Both the position numbers and the translations under genes were made by a program. This document shows, piece after piece, positions 28,191-41,900 of a stretch of 64,000 nucleotides of DNA. This stretch comes from Selaginella moellendorffii. Its lineage: Eukaryota; Plantae; Lycopodiophyta. The stretch spans positions 1-64,000 of the forward strand of contig NW_003314317.1 of NCBI RefSeq assembly GCF_000143415.4, in the 5' to 3' direction. The notes under the pieces are model-generated. The model saw only the letters and a program-made list of their open reading frames with translations, did not search any database and had not been told where the DNA came from. Within the stretch, counting starts at the first letter, position 1. The number at the start of each line of letters is the position of its first letter.

Positions 28191-29391
28191 CTCTCGAGCG
28201 ATTCCGGCGTTCCTTTCCTCAGTCTCCGGGCCATGTAAATTTTCACGTACTCTCCGAAGCTCACTGGGCGATACCGGGATGGATGATCCGCGTCGACGAA
28301 TTCCGGCAGAGGCTTGATCGTCGCCTCCACCGCTGGGTTGAAGAAGCTGGAAATGGAGAGCCTCGCTCTTTCGGGATTAGCCAAGACTCGGTGCTCAAAA
28401 CTCTTGTAACGCTTGTTGGTTGCGATCTGGAACAAAGGTTATATGGAAACTTCCATTTCGTATCATCTTTTCTTTCTTACCTGCATTTGATCTCCAAAGT
28501 TGACGACGAGAGCTCTCCGGTTTGTGTTGATTGGCACCCATGGCGATTCTTCGTTCTTCCTCATTTGCAAGCCGGGCACATCGTCGATCAAAAGGATATT
28601 GAGGAGACCTGGAGAACAAAGATACAATGAAGAACGCGAAGGAGAATGAAAAAAAAAGTGAACTTTCACCTTGATCACAGTGGCTGCGAACTCCCAGCAC
28701 TAGATCCGGCTGGGGGCAAGGGAGGTACCTGTTGAAGAGCAAAAGCTGGTCTAATGGATCGAATTCTCTCTCAAGACGATCGGGACGTAATCCCAGGCTC
28801 TCGGACGCAAGCGATATCACCTTGAAGGCCAAAGCTCGGATTTCCTGGCAATACTTCACTGCTGCGCTCCTGAGAAGGAAGAAAGATTGAAGAGAAACGA
28901 AGGAAAAGAAGAAGAAGAAACCTGAATGATGGAGGATTGCTTGGCCAAGTTTCGAAAGTTTCTTCACTGAGTGGATGGCACTTCCCGACCACCAGGAAAT
29001 CCCTCCAGTCCTGGACGCCAGTTTCATCCAAGCGCGTCCCATATCTCGTTCCATTCATCTTTGGCTCGCCACTAAACAGTTCCATCCTTTGCTCCATCGG
29101 CTGTCCAAAGAATTCCAGTGCCGCTCGGACAATCCCCTCCATGGTCTCCTCTGAAACGCCATGGTTTGTGACTTGGAAGAATCCCCACTCCCTGGAAGCC
29201 CGCTCGATCTCGCCCACTATTCGCTGCCTGCCATGGCTGGATTCCAGATCTAGCAAATCTATCACTGGGATTCTCTCCTCGTCCTGGACCTCACCACTGA
29301 ATCCATCAGAGAAGCAAACGTAAGCTTCTGGAACTTTGGTCACGCCTTGCTCCACGAGAGTTGGAACCGGAACAGCTTGAGCGTACACCAT
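28187..29391 (-). CDS. DOXC 2OG-Fe(II) dioxygenase (DMR6/F3H-like superfamily), 4 exons
   Basis: IPVIDL, EWGFFQVTNHGV, DWRD, NRYLPCPQPDLVLG, HCD (HxD), VVNFGDQ, EHRV, RLS. Confidence 0.94.
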
Positions 29392-29492
29392 GTCGGAAAA
29401 GGAAACAGAACAAACCTCTATCACACATTCTTTTGATCTTTCTCAGTAGAACTGACCTTTATTATTATGACAAATATCGTGACCTTTTTGGG

Positions 29493-30107
29493 AAAATTTT
29501 TGTGGAGCTTTCTAAACAGAAACCAATGTGAGGGAGAACCCTTTGATACTAGACCGTTTAAATCCCATTCTTCCTTTGGCAGCTCGGTGCTGATGTACGG
29601 AGACAGTAAAAAACGTAAGTAAAAGGATTAACTCTAGGCAAACGTACATTGAGAATGTCATCCATTGTCAATTGAGAGTAATCCATCATAAGCGGCTTTG
29701 ATAACAAAGCACGCTTACGTTCCGTGTAGACACGGTCACGTTGACTATTCAGCACCTCATCGTATTCGAACAGCTGTTTACGGGCTTCAAAATAATAGTT
29801 TTCGACTTTTCTTTGAGCCTCGTCCAGCGATTTCGTGAGCATTTTTGACTCGATTGGCAAATCCTTGATTTAGAAAGCTGTCATCAAAACCAAAATAAGA
29901 ATTTGTCAATATCTACAAAATGACAACTACCTCACCTTTATCTTTTCACCACCAAATATCCGAAATATGGTACCTTCTAGACTCAAGAAAAATCTTGATG
30001 TTCCTGGATCACCTTGCCTGCCACTGCGGCCGCTGCCTGTAAGAACCTTCTATGAGTAAAATTTTATGGAGCAAAAACAAATGTGAGGGAGAACCCTATG
30101 ATAACAG
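29493..30107. repeat. Imperfect 50-60-bp direct repeats (29493-29552 and 30058-30107) flanking the SecA fragment
   Basis: Identical core AATGTGAGGGAGAACCCT at 29525 and 30080, each preceded by AAATTTT..TGGAGC and followed by TGATA. Confidence 0.8.
29558..30040 (-). pseudogene. Internal fragment of plastid SecA (3 exon remnants)
   Basis: [60 protein letters not shown]; in-frame TAA in LMTAF*IKDLPIES; lost acceptor AG; no 5' or 3' parts. Confidence 0.9.
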
Positions 30108-31199
30108 CTAAAAATGAAAATTGCCAAATGCAGTGGACACCCTAAACCCTAAACCCCTAAGTATATTTTAGGTATATTCAATAGCAAATTAAGTAAATTA
30201 AAATTTTCATTAATAAAGTTTAGATATCTTATTTTAAATAAATTATTTTTAGTTTTAATTATTTTTAATTTTCTTAAGCAGTGAATATACCTAGAATATG
30301 CTTGGAGACTCTAGAATATTTTACCATCTAATGGTTGTTATTCATTTAGATTAATCTTATATTTATAAATTATAAACATGTTTATAATTTATAAACTTTC
30401 TTAAATCCTTTCTAATATATTCTTTGTTATTCTATCATCTAATGGTTGATATGCAATAAGATTAATCTTGTGTTTATAAATTACAAACATGCTTATAATT
30501 ATAAACTTGATTTGATCAATTGGATTAATAAGTATGAATAACACTCTTATTTTGATACAAAATGGTAAAAAATTATTTTTAACACAAATTTTTTTGTCTC
30601 ACAAATTAAATTTCTCTGATTAAGTTTGCCAAATTATTTTGATCCTTCTCACAATTTCCATTAAGAAAGGTTTTCCTCAGTTTGTTAACATTTCTTCTAT
30701 AGTATAGCTTGAGGAATAGCTTCTCAAGCTTTTGTCTCTTTCTTAACTTACATAAGTGCTCCACATTTGCAAATTTGAGCAGTGCAAGAGATTGAGATTT
30801 ATTTTTGAATCAAGTCAAATTTCTTTCCCCTTGTGTTTTTAAGTGTTTTATTATAATTGCTTCTACATTTGCCAAGCTGTTTGGATATTATGGCTTTGGT
30901 CTTCAAAATAATATTTAGTTAAAGCTAAAAAAAATTTGCATTAGGTTTTGTAAATGGCTCTTGATGCTGGGAGGACACTTCTGCTTCCCACCATATTCGA
31001 AGGTTTGCAGGTAACAAGGTTGTGCTTTTACTCAATGCTTGTTCCCACACACAGAATATAAAACAAAAGAAAGCTTGCCTTAAGAAAATAGTCTTCTATT
31101 GGGCGTGCCACAAGGGCTTTGCCAGGAAATGGCGGATTTCCACTAACAAGTTTGATGAGGTAAAACAAAACCAATGTATTTGTCATTAATTAAGTTGAT

Positions 31200-31505
31200 A
31201 TGCACTTGGAGAGCAAATACTATTCCAGCAATGAGACGCACGAGGTTTCGAGGGCAGCAGAAATTGCACGCCTCACATTGGGTGTTTTTGACGAAGCACC
31301 AGTGGGGAAACTTGGGATAACACCCAAAGCATCACAGGTTGTGACGCTTCTCACTCGAAACCAATTCTGGGACTTGTGTTCGGATATGTTGGACGAGCGA
31401 TCCAAGCAGCACGAGGAATGGATTGAGCAGACCTTCACTGATGACCAAGATCTCAACTTCGTGCGCTACTTGAGGGAGGAGGAACGAAAGAACTCTAGAA
31501 AATAA
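31200..31505 (+). other. Orphan ORF or terminal exon (101 aa), possibly a degenerate gene with exon-like pieces from about 30955
   Basis: Protein-like composition and GT/AG-bounded pieces upstream, but the phases do not join cleanly; no family recognised. Confidence 0.3.
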
Positions 31506-31565
31506 GTTTTTGGTCTCCATCATTCTCGTTTTGGAAGTGTGGAACCACAAAGATTCACTAGTTTA

Positions 31566-33889
31566 TTATTGCTTTCGACAAATCCAGAAAGAGCTCGATC
31601 CATAGTCAATCTCTCCGACAGCGCTCGCATCCGCAAGGAAAGTAATGCCAACCAGATTGAGGTTTGCAAACTCACTGTTAGCTGCAGACTCCAGAGCTAT
31701 GGTAGAGATCTGGTTCATTTTCACTTCAAGGCCTGATTTGTAACCTCCCTTTGTGTTTGATATCTCTTGGCCAGTGAAGCCAAGAGATTTCAAGGTTGAA
31801 TTTGCCAGCCAAACTCCGGGAGATCCTAAAATTTATGACAAAGATTTCATTAGACAGCGAAAGTGGAAGCCAATATTGACAATTACCAGTGTCGAGAATA
31901 GCTGGGACTTCAATCTTTGTGTTCCCATTCTCAATTTCCACGACAAGCCAAGGCAATCCACCAAGTATTTTCCCTCTTGTAGCTCCTCTGTATAAAGCAA
32001 TGGTTCATACTTTTGAAATCTATAAATCCAATAGCATACCTTGGAATGCTAGCAGTCTCCAGTATTGGTCGATCGATCAATCTGATCTGCCACGACTCCT
32101 CCGCATCAGGTCCAGCAGAAAAGTCCAGTAACATTCTTGTTTTAGCAGCAAAGAAGTAATTTGACCCCAAGACGAAGCACGGGCTGTCATATGCAACAAG
32201 AGCTCGCACATCCACACCGTTCACTTGAAGCCTTATGATCTCTCCATCGCTTGCCTCATGCCCTTGCCCAAAGACGATGTTCATGTCTTTACCAGCAATG
32301 ACTGTTCCCAGAGCACCAGTGTCAATTGCAAACTCAATATAGCCGCTTCTCTCTGCGTCGACAAACAATGTTGACGTGAAGTGATACTGATCCGTTACTT
32401 TGGCTTCATAGACTGTTGCTGGAAAAGAAGAAGAAAGAAAATAAGGAGAGAAAAGAAACGAAGATTAATATTTTAACACCTTTGGCTCGAGTTGTCACTA
32501 GACTTGACTTTGCAAACGCCAAATCTGTGACAGAGCACATATGTCAATCGAGAGAGAGAGTGAGAAAAAAAAAATACAAACCAGAATATAGAAGGGATGT
32601 TCTCCTGCAGGGGAGACCCAAGGATCCAGTGAAAACTCCTGGATGTCCTGTCATAATATTATATAGATGGTAAAATCAAGTTGTACTTAATGGTTTCTCT
32701 ATCGCGTGTGTGAAGAGACGTCCCCGTGGGTTTGTAGAGCCTCTAACAGACAATGGCTATCTCCATAGATACGACGACGCTATGATTCAATAGTCTATGC
32801 TCTTGAGAGTACTTTCGATAACTAACCTGGACGTGGAGAGTTCCAGCCTGATGGCTCTATCCCAAGAAAGCGCAGTGATTTACAGTCTGGATGTGTGTCG
32901 AGTTAGAAAAGTTCTCGGGGGAACGAGTAACAAACCAGTACGAGCTTTGCCTGCTAGCAGGAGAGCTTGTGGCGATTTTGAAAAACGCGCATGACCTGTG
33001 CCATGCAAAAGGCTAGTTTAAAACGAAAAGTTCTTCAAACACAGATCAACTAACGAGCGCTCGAAGCTTGTCTTGCTTTTCCATGATTGAGCATCGTTTG
33101 TCCAGTCCAGGCCGAAAGTCCTGTGGCTGAGAGGAATAAAACATTAGAAGGTGAAGCCATGAGATTAAATCCCCAAACCAGAACTTAGAGCTTTGCCTGG
33201 TGGTGAACCTGGAATGCCTGATAGCGATCTAGCAAAGAACGCTGTGTTTGTGTGTGAGAAAGATTGATTAAATCGTCTTGTGAAAGCTGAACTAACCAGA
33301 AACTCGGGCTTGGCCTCCAGGTGACGTTGATCTGGCATAAGCTCCTGCTAGGAAAATGAGAAGGTCGTCTTGATAGATCGAAAGCTCCAAGACTCACCAC
33401 GAAGTCCCGCGTCGCAGATAATCTGGAGGCTCCCGGATCCTTCCATCCACGAAAATCTTGGAAAACAAATCGCAAAAGAAAGATCAAATCGATCATTGAG
33501 AACTAACCGGTATTTCGAGGACGATCGCTAGCGCTCATGGTCATTCTCAATCCCGCGTTCTTGGAGGCCAGGAGTCCTGCATTTCAAAGCAGCGGCAATG
33601 GATCATCGCGAAATATCGGCGACCGCGAGACTGGAGGCAAAGAACTGACCGTGAACCGGCGACAATGCGCTCGAATGCTCGAGAATCGACAGCGATCGAG
33701 GGGCTGCCGGATCGATCATCGAGAATCCGCCTTTCTTGATCAAATCCGGATGATGATCGCGTCCTGCATTCGATCATCCGCCACACACAGATGGAAATTT
33801 CCGCAATGGAAGTCGATCGATCTACCCGATCCGAGTGCTAGCGCCTTCGCTTCCAATGGGAATGCCATGCAAGAGCTCCACACCGCCAT
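31566..33889 (-). CDS. 14-exon gene (about 481 aa): phase-1 micro-exon array + tandem retropepsin-like aspartic protease domains
   Basis: Exons 33889-33826, 33763-33650, 33576-33508, 33439-33398, 33347-33297, 33241-33179, 33126-33055, 32995-32936, 32886-32827, 32647-32582, 32524-32480, 32418-32040, 31987-31887, 31825-31566. All are GT-AG and give one open frame; motifs FAIDTGA...VLGSNYF and AILDTGS...LVGITFL...IDY. Confidence 0.75.
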
Positions 33890-34062
33890 CGCCAAACCAC
33901 GCTCACGCTCTCTTCTTCTTGAATTACCAATGAAATTGACCCCGCTACTTCACGTTTTACTGAAGCGCCAGCTTTCACGCTTTTTACTTGTGTAGAGGTC
34001 GAATCTCGCCAGTAACACTTGTTCTGGTAAGTCCTTCTAGGGTTCTAAAGACAGAGTTGGAG

Positions 34063-36734
<2,672 letters not shown>

Positions 36735-36895
36735 TGTCGAAGAGATTGTCCAAGAGCATAGGAAATGGAAGCATGAAATCTATAGTTTATAGAAACTTTA
36801 GACTGTCTCTACAAGAGAAGAAATGTTTTCTGCCTAGTCTTAAGATGCCAAGAATCTCCATTTTGCGCTCCAGGGTTTTAGGGTTTCCAGGGAGG

Positions 36896-38608
36896 ATGGC
36901 GGCGGCGAGGGAGCCACAGCTCGTCCAGCCTCCAAAGGTATGGCTAGGCTTAGATTCGAGAGGGCGCCAACGACATTGGTTTCCTTCTCGCAGGGCACGC
37001 GAGATTTCAAGCCCGAGCAAATGATGGTGAGGAAGAGAGTGTTTGGCATCGTCTCCAAGGTTTTCGAGCAGCACGGAGCCGTCTCTCTCGACACTCCCGT
37101 GTTTGAGCTCCGGGAAACTCTCACGGGAAAGTATGGAGAGGACTCAAAGCTCATCTACAACCTCGAAGATCAGGCTAGTGAAAAAAACTTTTCTTTCCTT
37201 TTGTTGCTCACAATTTTTTTCTGTCTTTCAGGGTGGTCAGCTCCTTTCGCTCCGATACGATCTCACTGTTCCTTTTGCTCGATATCTGGCATCGAACAAG
37301 GTGACCAGCATGAAACGCTACCAGATCGGCAAAGTTTACCGGCGTGACAATCCTTCTCGGGGGAGGTATCGCGAGTTCTATCAGTGTGACTTCGATATCG
37401 CGGGGCAGTTCTCGGCCATGATCGCGGATGCCGAGGTGATCAAGGTCGTGGTGGAGCTGCTGGATTCTCTCGACGTAGGGGACTACCAGGTGAGAAAATA
37501 ATTTTTCCTGCTTTTCTTTTCTTCTCGTTGCTTGACTTCAATCTTTGTCACAGGTGAAAGTGAATCACAGAAAGCTTCTGGATCTAGTTCTCGCGTCTTG
37601 TGGAGTTCCCGAAGATAAGTTCAAGTCCATTTGCTCCGCCATCGACAAGCTCGATAAATCTCCCTGGGACAAAGTTCGAACAGAAATGGTGAGCCTTTTT
37701 GTTCGTGTTTTTACATATGTGTTTGACAAGAGCTTGATTTCTACCAGGTGGAGGAGAAAGGCTTGTCACCGGAAGTGGCTGACAAAGTCGGTGAGCAAGT
37801 CTCCAAGAAAGGCAATGCGACGGACATGCTTGCTTACTTGAACGCGTATCTCGGAGAGTCCCAGAATGCAACAGAGGTTCTCGAAGGCATGGAGACGCTC
37901 TTTGGCTTTTTGGAAGCTGGGAACTGCTTGCATCGCGTGGTTTTCGACCTTAGCCTTGCTCGAGGCCTGGATTACTACACCGGTGTCATCTTTGAGGCCG
38001 TTTTCACTGGCTCCACTCAGGTAATCTCGTCGTTTCTTCTTTCTGTTTTTCATCTTGGTTTGTATACTTCTTTTGAAGGTTGGATCGATTGCTGCTGGTG
38101 GTCGCTACGACAACCTCGTGAGCATGTTTGGCGGCAAGGAAGTGCCGGTTGTGGGACTTAGCCTGGGAATCGAGCGCGTTCTTCTCATACTCGAAGAGCG
38201 GGAGAAGGCAAACAAGGTGCGTGTTTCTCTCAGGATTTCTCAGTACAATCACAACTCTCTCCCTCTCTCGCACAGGTTGCAAGAACAAAAGAGACACAGG
38301 TTTTGATACTCTACCTCGGCAAAAACATGCACAAGCAAGCCTTTCGACTGGCGAGCGAGCTGTGGGCTGCGTCACTCAACGTAGAGTTTGACGCCATCGC
38401 CACGTCCAAGCTCAAGAACAAGCTGGATATGGCGGGCAAATCCTTCATCCCCTTCGTCGTCGTCGTTGGCGAGGACGAAGAAAAGAAAGGCGTGGTGCAG
38501 CTCAAGGAGATTGTCGTGAAGAAATCTCAAGAAGAAGAAAACAAGCAAAAAGAGGAAATTCCCAGAAACGAACTAGCCAAGACCATCTTGTCCAGATTGC
38601 AAAAATAA
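36896..38608 (+). CDS. Histidyl-tRNA synthetase, eukaryotic cytosolic type (in-frame upstream ATG at 36845)
   Basis: [64 protein letters not shown]. Confidence 0.96.
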
Positions 38609-38955
38609 ATCTTTCGATCATAGTCCTTTAACCTTTGCTCTTGGAATATCCTAGCCTTTCCCTTAGAATATTCTTTTGGCTTTAAACAGTTTTTGCCCTA
38701 ATCCGGGGCTGGGGTGATCTGACGGCTGATGGGCGCGCGAGAGCTTTGGCTTGAGTGGTGGAATCTGATGCTAGGGCTGAATCCGGGCGTGGATCCTGGG
38801 AGCTCTAGCTAGGGTTTGGGAGCGGGGCAGGGATTCTTGCGGAGAATGGGCTACGGGCGTGGATTCTACTGGCAGGCGCTTTTGCGAGCTGGGAGGCTGC
38901 TGCTCCATCTCAAAATGCCGTAGTACCGTGCCCGCGGGGGATCGGCATTGCCGCA

Positions 38956-41900
38956 ATGCCGGCTGCCACAGCGGCCAAGCTGATTGTGGATGCGCTGCTG
39001 CAGCGCTTTCTGCCGCTCGCGCGACGCAGGATCGACACGGCACAGGCACAGGTAATCTTTCGGGGATGATCGACGGGTGAGTGATCTTCGTTGGAATTTC
39101 TTTCTTTCTTTCTCTAGGATGGGCAATATCTTCGCGCGTCTGATGCTGCCTACGAGCAAGTATTGGATTCGCTGGCTATGGTGGCTCGTCACACTCCAAT
39201 ACCTCTTCTGGAGGCACTTCTTAAATGGAGAGAAAGGTGAGTGGTCTTATCTAAAACGAACAAGAAAAACAAGAATTGATGTGATTGGCAATGCTGTCTC
39301 GTATGAGCAGTGAATCCCCGAAAGGAGCCAACGATGCTTCGACTTTTCAAAGGAAAGTGAGTTGGAACTCCACTTTTTTCTCTCTTCCTGTGCTGAAACT
39401 TAGATTCGTGTAGCTGGCCGTGGAGTGTATATTTTGCTCAGCGTGTATACGTTTTGTGGAGTGCTGTCCACAAGAAGGGCTCACAGGTATTTCACCAGTG
39501 CCTTATTTCCAAGTCCTAGACTCTCATACATTCTTCTATGGACAGAAACACTGTGGAATGGTCTGGAGAATTTTGTTTTCGATTGGCTTATCAATGCCGA
39601 CAGGTATCTGGTTTTTCTGATAAACTGTGATGAACCAACACGCTCTTTTATTTCAGAGTTGTTAGCCAGACAGATTATCCGTCCTTATTTGATCTTCGCG
39701 GATTGCTCTTGGACCTCGTTGCTCAATTGCTTGGCGCTTTGTCCAGAATAAGGCAAGTTGAAATTCCTTCAATGTTAACTATAACATGAAACTATACAGA
39801 TTTAGCTCCATAACTGAGCGTTTCTTTAACGAGTTGAATACTCGTCGCATTGATACGAACGTGACAAGAAGCGAAACATTAAGCATCATCCATGGAATGC
39901 GGTATCTCAAGCTCGGGGTATTTGAGGAAATTGTTCTGTAGTCAATTGGGTAATCTTCTTCTTCTTCTTCTTCTTCTTTTTTTGCAGGTTTCATCACTTG
40001 GGGGACTTAATGCTAGCACGTCATTTGTAGCCAAAGCCAATCCTTTGAATCGAATGCCAGCGAAGAAGAAGAGTGAACTCCATCATGCGTTGTGCAACAT
40101 GCTTTCAAGTGTTCTTGCCCCTCTCACAGACGGTGGTAGTGGCCAGTGGCCGCCTGCAGGAGTTGATCAGGCATTGACTCTGTGGTATGATGCTGTTCTT
40201 CGAATTCGGAACCAGCTTATGCACTGGATGGAGAGGCAAAGCAAGCATGTTAACGTAAGTAAAAGATTTTCCAAATGAATTCGTCGTCAACAACGTTTAC
40301 AGGTTGGATACCCTCTTGTTACAAGTCTTTTGTGCCTAGGCGATCCAGAGTATTTTATAAGTTCATTCAATCCTCACCTCGATCAACTGTATAAACTGTT
40401 ACGGGTGAGCAGGGAAGTTAAAATTCAGTATTGCTCTAAACCTTTTTTTTGTCTTAGGAGAAAAATAACAGATCGGTAGCATTGGAATGTCTTCACAGAG
40501 TGCTTCGCTTCTATTTGAATGTGTACGCTGAAAGCCAACCGCAAAATCGGGTATGGATGACCTTGCACAGTGTTACAGCTCAATTGTTGAGCTGTTTGAA
40601 AAAAGGCTTTTTTGCGCTGGATGTTCAACACGAGAAGCTTGTCGACCTTTGCGTGACAATAGCCGAGAGTAATCTGGACTTCGCGATGAATCACGTGATA
40701 TTGGAACTTCTTCGGACAGAGAACCTTAGCGAGGCTAAAGTCATCGGTCTGAGAGGACTTTTGGCTATAGTTTCGTCCACTTCGGCCGAGCAACGTACAG
40801 ATGATTCCCGGCTCTCTTTGACGTCATTTCGTGGATCACCGACATCTTCTTGGTCATCAGCAACCTCGGCCGTTTTTACGTCATCTCGTCACAGTGCTGC
40901 AGCTCGTGTTGATATTCCTTCCAGCACTCATGATATTGGACCATATATACCAAAAGTTCGAGCTGCTCTTGGTTCTATTATCAAAGCATGTCACAGCACT
41001 TATGGGGGTGCATTGCTTACTTCCTCGAAGGCAACGCTGGGTAAGTTTTGCGACTCTTTTCGACAGTTTTTTCTCACAGTCACGTAATTTTGACAGATGC
41101 TCTGAGCAAAGAAAAGCCTCAAGGCTGGCTTGTGTTCCGCTGGGCTCTGAAATGTGTACCACATTTGATACCAGAGCAGTGGCGCAACGATCGGATGACG
41201 GAAATTATCCCGGTTTATGCAATCAGTGTTGAACCTGGTGTTCGTGAGGAAGCCGTGCAGGTTCTTTTCAGAACTGTTCGGGACCTTCCTCAAAGCCGCT
41301 TTGCCGTCATGCGAGGGATGGCAAATTTTATATTTCGGCTCCCGGACGATTTTCCAATACTGATCCGGATTTCTCTGGATCGTCTCGTACAGCTTTTAAG
41401 CTCTTGGCGCGTGTCTCTTTTGGAAGAGCTTTCGGACAGCAAAGACAACTATAACAAAAGTTCACGTCATTCGGCACCCTCGGAAGCCCGGTTTCATCCC
41501 TCGGGTTTAGATGCAGTGGGTCTTATATTTCTGTGCTCGGTAGACGTTCAAATTCGGCATACGGCTCTGGAACTTTTGAGGGCCGTTCGAGCTCTCTACA
41601 ATGATCTCTCAAGGATGTCTTCAAAGGAGAAGAACAATAAAAGGCCACATCCAGACCATACTTACGTGATCGACGTATTCGAGGAAGCTGGTGTATGTAT
41701 ATTTTCGTTGTTATAATGATTTCGTTCTAAAGTTCTTTTCTCCAGGACGACATTGTCCAGCAATGCTACTGGGACTGTGGAAGATGGTACGAAATGAGAA
41801 AAGAGTGGGATGCCATTCCACCAGAACTATCGCTGCAAACCGTACTGGAGAGCTCGGACAAAGGTCGTTGGGGACGATGTTTAAGTGAACTTGTTAAGTA

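Noticed and set aside
31566-32418. DTG motifs as part of an LTR retrotransposon or a pepsin-type A1 protease
   Set aside because: Spliceosomal introns, no gag/RT/integrase/LTR, no signal peptide, and domains too short and Cys-poor for A1.
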